Origin: Candidatus Kaiserbacteria bacterium
Lineage (GTDB): Bacteria > Patescibacteriota > Minisyncoccia > Phycocordibacterales > UBA2100
Length of the DNA stretch: 64,000 nucleotides
Assembly (NCBI GenBank): GCA_016217965.1
Contig: JACRFI010000020.1
Coordinates: forward strand, 11,550-75,549
Reading direction: 5' to 3'
Shown here: one piece after another, positions 51,174-60,255 of the stretch
How positions within the stretch are numbered: the stretch's first letter is position 1
Layout of the letters: the number at the start of each line of letters is the position of its first letter
Translations under genes and position numbers: made by a program
The notes under the pieces: model-generated
Told to the model about the DNA's origin: nothing
The model's input: only the letters and a program-made list of their open reading frames with translations
Databases searched by the model: none

Positions 51174-52172
51174 ATGTCACTACAATCCGTTGCGCAGCAG
51201 ATGGTTGCTCCAGGCAAGGGGATACTTGCCGCCGATGAAAGTTCAGGAACTATAGAAAAGAAATTCGCGAAAGTTGGGCTCACTTCTACAGAAGAAAGCC
51301 GGCGTGATTATCGCGAGATGCTTTTCACATCTCCCGGCATTGGAGAATACATTTCTGGCGTCATTCTGTATGACGAAACTATCCGCCAAAAAGCTGATGA
51401 CGGCCGCACGATGGTGTCGATAATCGAGTCTGCAGGAATATTGCCAGGCATCAAAGTGGACCAGGGTACTGCTGCGATGGATGTGTCGCCGGAGGAAAAA
51501 GTGACAAAAGGATTGGACGGGCTTGGCGACAGGTTGAAAGAGTATGCCCAGCTTGGCGCGAAATTCGCAAAATGGCGTGCAGTTATCACGATCGGAAACG
51601 GCCTTCCTACAGACGGCAATATTCTCCGGAATGCACAAGACCTCGCGAGGTATGCCATGGAATGCCAGAAGGCGGGCGTGGTCCCAATGGTTGAACCGGA
51701 GGTTTTGATGGATGGTTCGCACACGCTTGATCAGTGCGTTGAAGCAAGCCGTAGGACACTAAAAATTCTTTTCGACGAATTGACTAGGCTCGGTGTTGAC
51801 ATAACAGGCACTATCCTCAAGACAAACATGATGGTCCCGGGGAAAGAGAGTGGGAAAAAAGCGACACCGGAGGAGGTCGCTGCCTCGACGGTACAGGTGT
51901 TCAAAGACATTCTTCCGGAGGGTTTGCCAGGGCAAGCATTCCTATCCGGTGGGCAGGGCGACGTGGAAGCGACAGAGAACCTCAATGCAATAAATAAAAT
52001 GGGACCATTTCCATGGAAGCTTTCATTTTCGTACGGCCGTGCGCTGCAAGATTCCGCACTCAAGGCATGGAACGGAAAGAAAGAGAACGTCACTGTGGCA
52101 CAGCAGGTCTTCCTCAAGCGTGCAAAAATGAACAGCCTTGCAACGCTCGGAACATATACAGGAGAGAACTAA
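51174..52172 (+). CDS. Class I fructose-bisphosphate aldolase
   Basis: GILAADES, GIKVD, FAKWR, VEPEV, FLSGGQ, FSYGRAL. Confidence 0.96.
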   Translation: MSLQSVAQQMVAPGKGILAADESSGTIEKKFAKVGLTSTEESRRDYREMLFTSPGIGEYISGVILYDETIRQKADDGRTMVSIIESAGILPGIKVDQGTAAMDVSPEEKVTKGLDGLGDRLKEYAQLGAKFAKWRAVITIGNGLPTDGNILRNAQDLARYAMECQKAGVVPMVEPEVLMDGSHTLDQCVEASRRTLKILFDELTRLGVDITGTILKTNMMVPGKESGKKATPEEVAASTVQVFKDILPEGLPGQAFLSGGQGDVEATENLNAINKMGPFPWKLSFSYGRALQDSALKAWNGKKENVTVAQQVFLKRAKMNSLATLGTYTGEN

Positions 52173-52801
52173 GGCAGAACAATGGGGAGGATGTCCTCGA
52201 TTTTGTGGATCACGTGGTCGGGTTTTAGCGATTCTACATCTGCATGAAGGCCGTGAGATACGGCGATGGTGCGGGCGCCGGCACTCTTTCCCGATTCTAT
52301 GTCTGCCGGCGAGTCGCCAACGACAAACGCATCTTTAGGAGCGATCTCAAATGGGCGAAGGGCGGCAAAGACGTGCTCAGGATCAGGCTTCGTGCGCAGG
52401 ACGTCATCTGCGCAGCAGAGGCCGTCAAAGTATTCAAGTATCCCAGACTGTGTCATTGTTTTAATTGAAGACTCGCGTACACGATTGGTCATAGTTACGA
52501 GCTTGATGCCGTTTTCTCGTATTGTTTGCAGAGTCTCTGGGACGCCAGCGAACGGCTTCACGAGATCCATGTGGGCGTCCTGGAATTCGCGATGCTTTTC
52601 TCTAAGGGCGGCGAAATCTTGGCCTGGGAATAGATTTGCGTACGTGTCTTTCAGCGTATTTCCGAGGCTCAGCTCATGCAGCATGAGGGGTCGCGAAATT
52701 GGAGTGCCGCGGCTTTCTCCAACATATAGGTAGGCCTCTAATATCCAATCCGCCGTGTCGAGCAGTGTTCCATCAACATCGAATACGACTGCCTTCGCCA
52801 T
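52169..52801 (-). CDS. HAD family hydrolase (PpaX/Gph-like)
   Basis: FDVDGTL, KPDP, VGDS..D. Confidence 0.92.
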   Translation of the reverse strand: MAKAVVFDVDGTLLDTADWILEAYLYVGESRGTPISRPLMLHELSLGNTLKDTYANLFPGQDFAALREKHREFQDAHMDLVKPFAGVPETLQTIRENGIKLVTMTNRVRESSIKTMTQSGILEYFDGLCCADDVLRTKPDPEHVFAALRPFEIAPKDAFVVGDSPADIESGKSAGARTIAVSHGLHADVESLKPDHVIHKIEDILPIVLP

Positions 52802-52971
52802 GCGCGGATTATATAGTGTATTTTGAATCTTTGCTTTCCGCTTGAAACTCACAAGGCCTTCATAGTTCATTGGTACTCTCGCGCGAAGGGTGTGGTCGAG
52901 CCCCTGATGAGGGTCATCAGTAAAGCCGTGGCGCCCACGCGGCATTATTCGTCGGGTTACTGTAAAAAAAT

Positions 52972-53139
52972 ATGACACACACTAAAGGCCATGAACGCGT
53001 TGATGTGGAGAGCGAAACAGACACAATGGATGAGACAAGAAAAACCGAGAAAAAAGAAGAAATGGAAGACACAGACAGGGATGAGGGGCGTGAGGCAATG
53101 AGTTCCTCGCCGGAAAATAAGACAGGCGATGCCCCATAG
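52972..53139 (+). CDS. Possible small acidic protein (55 aa)
   Basis: Manual translation MTHTKGHERVDVESETDTMDE..; no motif. Confidence 0.3.
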   Translation: MTHTKGHERVDVESETDTMDETRKTEKKEEMEDTDRDEGREAMSSSPENKTGDAP

Positions 53140-53272
53140 GACTGGCCGAGGGCTGTGCGGCATGGTGGGCGCATGCCGCGCGCCACTGCGTTTTTGCGGG
53201 GTTTTGTTTATTTAGTTGGGGAAAGCGGAGGGCTGCGCTCTGAAAGCTTTTCGTGTGATACGATTCGTGCAC

Positions 53273-53857
53273 ATGATACGGCATATATCGGGAATTATAT
53301 TTGCGGTCCTTGTTGTTTTCGCGCTGATCGCTGCGTATGCGACGTACGTCAGTCTGCGCCAGGATCCGGAGCAGTTGGATAACGTGGGAAAGCAAGAGGA
53401 ACCAAAGATGCTGTCGTATTCAAACTCTACATATGGGATTTCATTCAAGTATCCTTCTACATATCAACTGGCCGAGAAAGAAGTCGGCGACGCACATCGA
53501 GCGCACTATTCAATAGTGTTGATGAGGAAGGAAGACCTGCCTCCGCCACAAAATGGCGAGGGGCCGCCGGCTATATCTATAGATATATACCAGAATGACA
53601 TCGATAGAATGGAATTAGTAGACTGGGTTGTCGGTACAAGCTATTCAAATTTCAAACTCGGCACTGGCACGTACACATCCACGAGTGTGTCAGGAGTGGA
53701 AGCAGTGCGCTACAACTGGAGTGGCCTCTATGAGGGAGAGACCGTCGCATTCGCTCACCAAAAGAACATTGTTGCGGCGTCAGTCACATACCTAGATCCG
53801 AACAATGATATCCGCAGAGACTTCGATACACTGTTAGCCTCGATACTTCTCGATTAA
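53273..53857 (+). CDS. Membrane-anchored PsbP-like hypothetical protein
   Basis: N-terminal TM, YGISFKYP. Confidence 0.7.
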   Translation: MIRHISGIIFAVLVVFALIAAYATYVSLRQDPEQLDNVGKQEEPKMLSYSNSTYGISFKYPSTYQLAEKEVGDAHRAHYSIVLMRKEDLPPPQNGEGPPAISIDIYQNDIDRMELVDWVVGTSYSNFKLGTGTYTSTSVSGVEAVRYNWSGLYEGETVAFAHQKNIVAASVTYLDPNNDIRRDFDTLLASILLD

Positions 53858-53960
53858 CCTAACACATATTCAGGGGTTCACCTTGGATTCATCTGACGTT
53901 TTTAGGATTGGTGCTTAGTCGGTGCGCCAAAGAGCGCGCCGAGGTAATGAAATAACATGT

Positions 53961-54176
53961 ATGAAGCACGTACGTAAGATCGTCGGGGCTACGCTCCTTA
54001 CAACTCTCGCACTAGCGGGAGAGGCGGCGGCGCAAGTCTCGACAACGACGCCGGGGATACCCAACACAGGGGTGGGTGGAGGCAGCACGGAAATGATGGT
54101 TCTCCTAGGGATAGCCTTTCTGGCAGCAGCATCGGTCGGGTATCTGTATGCCCGTTCTCGAGGCATGCAGGCGTAA
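53961..54176 (+). CDS. Small putative sortase substrate (71 aa)
   Basis: Signal peptide AAA, IPNTG, TM, basic tail; adjacent to class F sortase. Confidence 0.75.
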   Translation: MKHVRKIVGATLLTTLALAGEAAAQVSTTTPGIPNTGVGGGSTEMMVLLGIAFLAAASVGYLYARSRGMQA

Positions 54177-54189
54177 AGGTGAGTGAGAG

Positions 54190-54219
54190 GCAGGCGCCGC
54201 CATTAATGGCGGCGCCTGC
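54190..54219. repeat. Perfect 30-bp palindrome
   Basis: gcaggcgccgccatt|aatggcggcgcctgc. Confidence 0.8.
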
Positions 54220-54284
54220 GAGGCACCCATTGAAATATTAGAAAGAACGCAACGTCTTACTGTAGCATGGCGCACCGAAGTTCT

Positions 54285-54471
54285 AGAACCCATCTCAAAA
54301 TAAATCGCAGGAATAGAGCACAACATAGCTTGGCTACTGCGGCCACATTCTCGCGGCTGCGACGTGTAACGGCTCGACCTCATCGTGTCCCCGACACGCT
54401 TCGCTCTGCGCCGACCCGCCTCACTCGCGAGAATGTGCCCTCGTTACGCCATTTATTTTGATATGGGTTCT
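54285..54471. mobile_element. MITE-like element with 21-bp terminal inverted repeats
   Basis: agaacccatctcaaaataaat / atttattttgatatgggttct (1 mismatch); internal stem cacattctcgcg/cgcgagaatgtg. Confidence 0.7.
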
Positions 54472-54483
54472 TCATCTTTCATA

Positions 54484-55047
54484 ATGCGCTCCCTGGTTCT
54501 CTCGCTGTGTGTGGTGAGCGGTTTTTTTGTGGCTCATGTATTCAGTGGTCTCACGGCAGATGCTCCCTTGGCGAACGCGGAGGAAAAAAAAGTTGAACTA
54601 CGATACTATCCCGTGCGGCTCCTTGTTCCATCTCAGCACATTGATGCATACGTTGAGCCTGTAGGCGCCAAGGAAAATGGCGACATGGCAACACCGAGCA
54701 ATTTTCACAATGTCGCGTGGTACATGATGGGCTCTGCTCCAGGAGAGCGCGGGAGTGCAGTCATTGCGGGGCATGTTGATAATGCGCTTGGGCTCGCCGG
54801 AGTGTTTAAGGAACTGAAAAATGTTAGGCCCGGAGATGATATCTACGTTGAGACTGCAGAGGGGAAAAAGCTCCGCTTTGAGGTCGTCAGTTCGAAATCG
54901 TACGCATATAACAAAGCACCAGCAGATGCGATATTCGATGATACCGGTCCATCGAGACTCGCTCTTATTACTTGTGATGGTGACTGGATCAAGGATAAGA
55001 AGACATATGACCATAGGCTCGTCGTTACGGCGCGGTTAGTTGAATAG
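54484..55047 (+). CDS. Class F sortase
   Basis: AWY..PGERGSAVIAGHVD, LALITC, HRLVV. Confidence 0.92.
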   Translation: MRSLVLSLCVVSGFFVAHVFSGLTADAPLANAEEKKVELRYYPVRLLVPSQHIDAYVEPVGAKENGDMATPSNFHNVAWYMMGSAPGERGSAVIAGHVDNALGLAGVFKELKNVRPGDDIYVETAEGKKLRFEVVSSKSYAYNKAPADAIFDDTGPSRLALITCDGDWIKDKKTYDHRLVVTARLVE

Positions 55048-55094
55048 CATCTCGTTACAAGGTAGGCTGATAAGACGAGCAAAAGAGGCTCTTT

Positions 55095-57347
55095 ATGCGC
55101 CAAGTTTTTCTCATCGTTTTCGGCGTTATATTCGGGGTTAGTGTTGTTGCACTTCTCTTTACCTATTTCCAAGCACAGCAAGAACGGTTCGCACTTTCGG
55201 CGGACATGCAATACCGGACCCGTCTTCTCGCGGACAGCCTCAATGAATCGATAGAGCCAGCACGACAGCGAAACGCGACATCAACGCTAGAAAAGATCGC
55301 GACGTCGTTCGCGGGCCGTGAGCGGCTTCTTGGCGTGGTTATCTATGACCGGCAGGGCAATGTGATAGTTAAGTCGAAAGATGTTCCGGAAGATGTTGAT
55401 GTTGCAAAACGCATCGTGGAGGATGCAATAAAAAAAGACGAGCCTGTAGGAGATTTTCTTGTCGTCGACACGATGCAACTGTACGTCCTTGCGCATCCGG
55501 TGCATCGCGAGGAAGGCCCTGCTGGAGCATTCATTGTCGTGCAGGATGCCTCGTACATAGAGGAGAGTGTTGCCGGACAGTGGCGTGACAGCCTCCTCGG
55601 CGTATTCATTTACATATTGCTCTTTTCTGTTGCTATCGCCGCACTCGTACGTTGGGTTATCTTTAAGCCGCTCACGAATCTTGCCGAGGCGATAAAGTCT
55701 GCTCGGGCGGGGAGAGGAAGAGTTTCTGAAACACAACATGGCATGTTCTTTCGCCCGCTTGCAAGCGAGATAGGAAAATTGACACACTCGCTTGCCCAAG
55801 CCCGAACCGCAGCGAGCGAAGAAGCTCGTATGCGGCTCGAGAAGTTGGATACTCCATGGACTGAAGAGCGGCTCAAGGAATTCATAAAAGCGTATTTGAA
55901 GGACAGGCAGATATTTGTTGTCTCAAATAGAGAGCCATACATACACACGAGAGATGGTGGAGAGGTTGCGTATTCTGTTCCGGCAAGTGGCATGGTGACC
56001 GCGCTCGAGTCTGTTATGGCTGCCTGCGGCGGCACTTGGATAGCGCATGGAAGCGGGAGTGGAGATAGAGAAACGGCGGACCAAGATGGAAAGATACAAG
56101 TGCCGCCAGATGACCCGAAGTACATGTTGAAGCGCATTTGGCTCACAGGAAAAGAAGTGAAAGGGTATTACACAGGATTCTCGAACGAAGCTCTATGGCC
56201 GCTCTGTCACATTGCGCACACACGCCCGGCGTTCCGTAAAGAAGATTGGATTACATATAAACGCGTGAACGGTCTGTTTGCAAAGACACTTCTTTCAGAA
56301 TTGAAGGGCATTGAGCGGCCTCTCATTCTCGTTCAGGATTATCATCTCGCGCTTCTGCCGCGAATGATAAAAGAGGCGCGTCCGGATGCGCAAATAGGGC
56401 TTTTCTGGCACATCCCATGGCCGTCGGCGGAGGCGTTTAGCATTTGTCCGTGGAGAAAAGAGATTCTCGATGGGATGCTCGGGAGCGATATCATCGGGTT
56501 CCACACGCAGCAGTTCTGCAACAACTTTATTGAAACAGTCGGGAAAGAAGTGGAATCGCTCATCGACCTTGAGCAGTTTGCGATAACGCGTGATGAGCAC
56601 ATAACACGCATCAAACCGTTCCCTATTAGCATCTCATTCACAGATGCGATGCATGAGAAAGAGGCGGAGGCACCGACGCGCGCATCGCTCGAGGCCTTGA
56701 ATATTACGACCGAGTTCGTGGGCCTTGGCGTAGACCGCCTCGATTATACAAAAGGTATTTTGGAGCGACTCCGGGGCGTCGAATTTTTTCTCGATGCGCA
56801 TCCGGAATACGCTCATAAATTCACGTTTCTTCAGATTGCGCCGATAAGCCGGGGAGAATCCGAAACATACCAGCAATTCGCGCAATCGGTAGAGAAAGAA
56901 GTGTCGCGCATTAACACGAAGTTCTCCGCCCGAGGAGGATCCGCTTTTGGTGGAAAGAGAAATGGTTGGCAGCCGATCGTGCTTCAAACGCGGCATTTTT
57001 CCCACGCAGAGCTGCGCCCCTTGTATCGTTTGGCACATGCTTGTCTTGTAACTTCCCTCCATGACGGGATGAATTTGGTTGCGAAAGAATTTGTCGCCGC
57101 GCGCGACGATGAAGCAGGCGTTCTTATACTCAGTAAATTCACTGGGGCATCTCGCGATTTTGACAGAGGGGCAATTATCGTGAATCCATACAGCGCGGAG
57201 GAAGTAGCAGAATCTATCCATCAGGCGCTTCTTATGCCGAAGCCAGAGCAGCACAGGCGCATGAAAATGATGCGCAATTCCATTCGCGATTATAATGTCT
57301 ACCGCTGGGCGGCGGAATTTATAAAAGCCGTAGCCGCTCTTAGGTAA
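55095..57347 (+). CDS. otsA: Trehalose-6-phosphate synthase (GT20) with N-terminal membrane sensor-like region
   Basis: VVSNR, QDYHL, FWHIPWP, VDRLDYTKG, DGMNLVAKE; N-terminal TM-loop-TM-HAMP-like region. Confidence 0.9.
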   Translation: MRQVFLIVFGVIFGVSVVALLFTYFQAQQERFALSADMQYRTRLLADSLNESIEPARQRNATSTLEKIATSFAGRERLLGVVIYDRQGNVIVKSKDVPEDVDVAKRIVEDAIKKDEPVGDFLVVDTMQLYVLAHPVHREEGPAGAFIVVQDASYIEESVAGQWRDSLLGVFIYILLFSVAIAALVRWVIFKPLTNLAEAIKSARAGRGRVSETQHGMFFRPLASEIGKLTHSLAQARTAASEEARMRLEKLDTPWTEERLKEFIKAYLKDRQIFVVSNREPYIHTRDGGEVAYSVPASGMVTALESVMAACGGTWIAHGSGSGDRETADQDGKIQVPPDDPKYMLKRIWLTGKEVKGYYTGFSNEALWPLCHIAHTRPAFRKEDWITYKRVNGLFAKTLLSELKGIERPLILVQDYHLALLPRMIKEARPDAQIGLFWHIPWPSAEAFSICPWRKEILDGMLGSDIIGFHTQQFCNNFIETVGKEVESLIDLEQFAITRDEHITRIKPFPISISFTDAMHEKEAEAPTRASLEALNITTEFVGLGVDRLDYTKGILERLRGVEFFLDAHPEYAHKFTFLQIAPISRGESETYQQFAQSVEKEVSRINTKFSARGGSAFGGKRNGWQPIVLQTRHFSHAELRPLYRLAHACLVTSLHDGMNLVAKEFVAARDDEAGVLILSKFTGASRDFDRGAIIVNPYSAEEVAESIHQALLMPKPEQHRRMKMMRNSIRDYNVYRWAAEFIKAVAALR
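56925..56954. repeat. 30-nt in-frame imperfect palindrome in otsA
   Basis: tccgcccgaggagga|tccgcttttggtgga; encodes SARGGSAFGG. Confidence 0.65.
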
Positions 57348-57348
57348 C

Positions 57349-58122
57349 ATGAATTATTCTGAAACCGTATTGCCGGTTATGCGGGAGACGCGGGACATGT
57401 TGCTATCACATTGGGGGAAAGCGAAGGCGGTCAACCAGAAGACGGATTCGGCGTGGAGCGTCGTGACGCAACTCGATATTGATGTAGAAACGTTTGTGAT
57501 GGCAGAGCTAACACGCATCCACACGGACATCGAGTTCGTCGGAGAAGAGCGCGGCGGAGATAGGACCGCAAAGAAATTTTGGCTGATGGACCCCATAGAC
57601 GGCACGGCGCACTACATTCGTGGACTTCCATTCTGTACGTCCATGCTTGCCCTCGTTGATGCCGGCGAAGTAGTGTTCTCCGCAATATACGATTTTCTGC
57701 ACGACGAGATGTATTCGGCTGAAAAAGGAAAAGGTGCTTTTAAAAACGATAAAGCCATCCGCGTGAGCGAGCGCCCGTTATCGAGCGCGTTTGTGTCATT
57801 TGAGACACGAGTCGAGGTGCCTGAGAATGCGGCACTGAGGAATACGATGCGCGAGAGGACGGACCTTGTGACCACCTTCTCTGCAGGGTGGGAATTCGCC
57901 ATGGTGGCATCGGGAAAAATTGATGCGCGTGTCTGCAAAGACCCATACGGCATGGATTATGATTTTGCACCGGGGACGCTGCTTGTCACGGAAGCAGGGG
58001 GAATTGTTCGAAATATAGGTTCGAATGATTTTGATTACAAGAATCTCAACTTTATCGCTGCAAACCCCACGGTGTACAAAGATCTTACCGAGGGCGAGGA
58101 AGCGTTATTTCCCTTGAAATAG
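57349..58122 (+). CDS. Inositol monophosphatase family protein
   Basis: GEE, DPIDGT, YDFAPG..EAGG. Confidence 0.92.
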   Translation: MNYSETVLPVMRETRDMLLSHWGKAKAVNQKTDSAWSVVTQLDIDVETFVMAELTRIHTDIEFVGEERGGDRTAKKFWLMDPIDGTAHYIRGLPFCTSMLALVDAGEVVFSAIYDFLHDEMYSAEKGKGAFKNDKAIRVSERPLSSAFVSFETRVEVPENAALRNTMRERTDLVTTFSAGWEFAMVASGKIDARVCKDPYGMDYDFAPGTLLVTEAGGIVRNIGSNDFDYKNLNFIAANPTVYKDLTEGEEALFPLK

Positions 58123-58224
58123 AAGCATATTTTGGCGCATGGGGACAAACGCCAGTGCGGTCCCACAGCGGGACTATAATTGCGGCAAGGGTCGATTACG
58201 TACGTATATAGCGTGCAATTTTGT

Positions 58225-58452
58225 ATGAAGTGGTTACACATGGTTGCGTTTGTTCTTGTCATTGTAGGGGCGCTCAACTGGCTCCTGCTCGCGCTTACCG
58301 GATGGGAGATCGGCTCTTTGTTCGGCGGCATGAGTTCTACGCTCTCGCAAATAATCTATATCTTGGTCGGACTATCGGCCATCTATCTCATTGTGATGCA
58401 CAGGAAAGAGTGCGTGCATTGCATGGCGGGAGGTAGTTCGAAACCGATGTAG
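58225..58452 (+). CDS. DUF378 family membrane protein
   Basis: LVIVGALNW..IYILVGLSA. Confidence 0.88.
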   Translation: MKWLHMVAFVLVIVGALNWLLLALTGWEIGSLFGGMSSTLSQIIYILVGLSAIYLIVMHRKECVHCMAGGSSKPM

Positions 58453-58512
58453 GAGATGTTTGCAGAAGTAGGCGTGCGCCCTGCCTGCGGTAGCAGGGGT
58501 GGGTCCAAAATC

Positions 58513-58541
58513 GAAATCCCATGGCAAAACCATGGGATTTC
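58513..58541. terminator. Hairpin, possible terminator
   Basis: gaaatcccatgg-caaaa-ccatgggatttc. Confidence 0.5.
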
Positions 58542-58565
58542 TCATTTCGTGGTAAATTGTTGGCA

Positions 58566-58988
58566 ATGGAAGAACGTCCGCTTGTCGGTGTGGGTGTCAT
58601 GATATTGAAAGAGGGCAAGGTGCTTCTTGGTAAACGCAAAAAATTTCCGGGGCAGGGAGAGTGGGCTTTTCCCGGCGGCCATCTCGAGTACATGGAGTCG
58701 TTCGAAGAGTGCGCAAGGCGCGAGACGAGTGAGGAGAGCGGTGTCGAGATAGAAAATGTTCGATTTCTGTTCCTTGGAAACGCACTCATGTGGGAATCAC
58801 ATCACTTCATTCAGGTGTCGTTCGTAGCCGACTGGAAAAGCGGGGAACCTCAAAATCTTGAGCCGGAAAAATGCGAGGGATGGGACTGGTTTTCATTCGA
58901 CGCGCTTCCTTCTCCCATGATGAGCGTTGCGAAGATTGCGATCGATGCGTATCGCCAGGGTTTCAATTATCGTGACGGTATCACGTAA
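58566..58988 (+). CDS. NUDIX hydrolase
   Basis: GGHLEYMESFEECARRETSEESG. Confidence 0.93.
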   Translation: MEERPLVGVGVMILKEGKVLLGKRKKFPGQGEWAFPGGHLEYMESFEECARRETSEESGVEIENVRFLFLGNALMWESHHFIQVSFVADWKSGEPQNLEPEKCEGWDWFSFDALPSPMMSVAKIAIDAYRQGFNYRDGIT

Positions 58989-59034
58989 AGTCCACTTGAC
59001 ATGACGATACAAGCTCATACAGTGCAGGAATACC

Positions 59035-59232
59035 ATGAATGTTCGAAACAACATGCAAAAATTCCGTTCCGATCGCGGTTTTACACAAGAAGAACTCGCG
59101 GAGAAAGCGCAGGTATCGAGGCAAACCATCATAGCGATCGAAAAGGGGAACTACACTCCATCGGTTTTGCTTGCCCTCAAGATCGCTCGGATCTTTAGGA
59201 GGCCGGTTGAGGACATATTTACTATTTCGTAA
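59035..59232 (+). CDS. XRE/Cro HTH regulator
   Basis: TQEELA..VSRQTIIAIEKGNYTPS. Confidence 0.92.
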   Translation: MNVRNNMQKFRSDRGFTQEELAEKAQVSRQTIIAIEKGNYTPSVLLALKIARIFRRPVEDIFTIS

Positions 59233-59240
59233 TTCACGAT

Positions 59241-59588
59241 ATGCAGTACATCCTTGCGCTCATTCTTCTCGTTTCTCTATTTGCTCTCACCGATCCATTC
59301 ATGTACTGGATGCCGGATATGGCCGCCATGGTGGCGCTTGTATCGGCTGCCGCACTATCGGCAATGTGGATCGGATTTGTCGCGAGAGAGCATGGCGGAG
59401 ACGAGCGGGATGTACAAAACCGCATGTACGCGGGGCGCATAGCGTACCTTTCGGGAATTGGGATTCTTACGCTTGCACTCGTTCTGCAAGGCGTTGCACA
59501 TGCAATTGATCCGTGGATACCTCTTGCGCTCGGTACCATGGTTCTCGCGAAGGTTGTTTCTGGGTGGTACACGGATCGTTTTTGTTAG
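59241..59588 (+). CDS. Membrane protein (DUF2178-like)
   Basis: DER motif between TM segments, downstream of HTH gene. Confidence 0.75.
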   Translation: MQYILALILLVSLFALTDPFMYWMPDMAAMVALVSAAALSAMWIGFVAREHGGDERDVQNRMYAGRIAYLSGIGILTLALVLQGVAHAIDPWIPLALGTMVLAKVVSGWYTDRFC

Positions 59589-59680
59589 TGCGCACTTGTC
59601 CACAGCGCAAATGTAAAGTCAACTTTACATTACGCCCCAAGGTTCTATACTGCAGACATTATTCCTTTCGCGCGAAAAAT

Positions 59681-60253
59681 ATGAATACACAAATAGCAGT
59701 TGCCGGATTAATCATCGTGCTAGTTCTGGGGGGAAGCTGGTACTACTTTTCGAGCAAGGACGAGCTCATGATGCAGAAAGAGGAAACAATGATGAAGGAC
59801 GAGGCAGTGCAGAAAGACGTGATGGAAAAAGAGGAAGATTCGATGATGGAGAAAGATGAGATGGACGCTGATGATTCGATAAAAAAAGATGAAATCATGA
59901 AAACGGAGGGGGACGCGATGGAGAAGGGAGCAATGATGGCGCATGGCGGGACGTACGAAGCCTATTCACCAGAGAAGATTGCATGGGCAGAGGCAGGAGA
60001 TGTGGTGCTATTTTTCCGGGCAGCATGGTGTCCAACATGCAGAACCGTTGATGCAGATATCAAGGCGCATCTCTCGCAGATTCCCGAGAATCTCACAATT
60101 CTTGATGTGAATTACGACGATTCGGCATCTCTTAAGCAGAAATATGGCGTTACTTATCAACACACATTCGTGCAAGTTGATATGCAAGGCACTATGATTG
60201 CAAAGTGGAGCGGGAGCCCGACTCTTTCTGATATCGTGGCTCGCGTGAAGTAA
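59681..60253 (+). CDS. Membrane-anchored thioredoxin with Met/Lys/Glu-rich linker
   Basis: WCPTC; MMQKEE/MMKDE repeats. Confidence 0.88.
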   Translation: MNTQIAVAGLIIVLVLGGSWYYFSSKDELMMQKEETMMKDEAVQKDVMEKEEDSMMEKDEMDADDSIKKDEIMKTEGDAMEKGAMMAHGGTYEAYSPEKIAWAEAGDVVLFFRAAWCPTCRTVDADIKAHLSQIPENLTILDVNYDDSASLKQKYGVTYQHTFVQVDMQGTMIAKWSGSPTLSDIVARVK

Positions 60254-60255
60254 GC

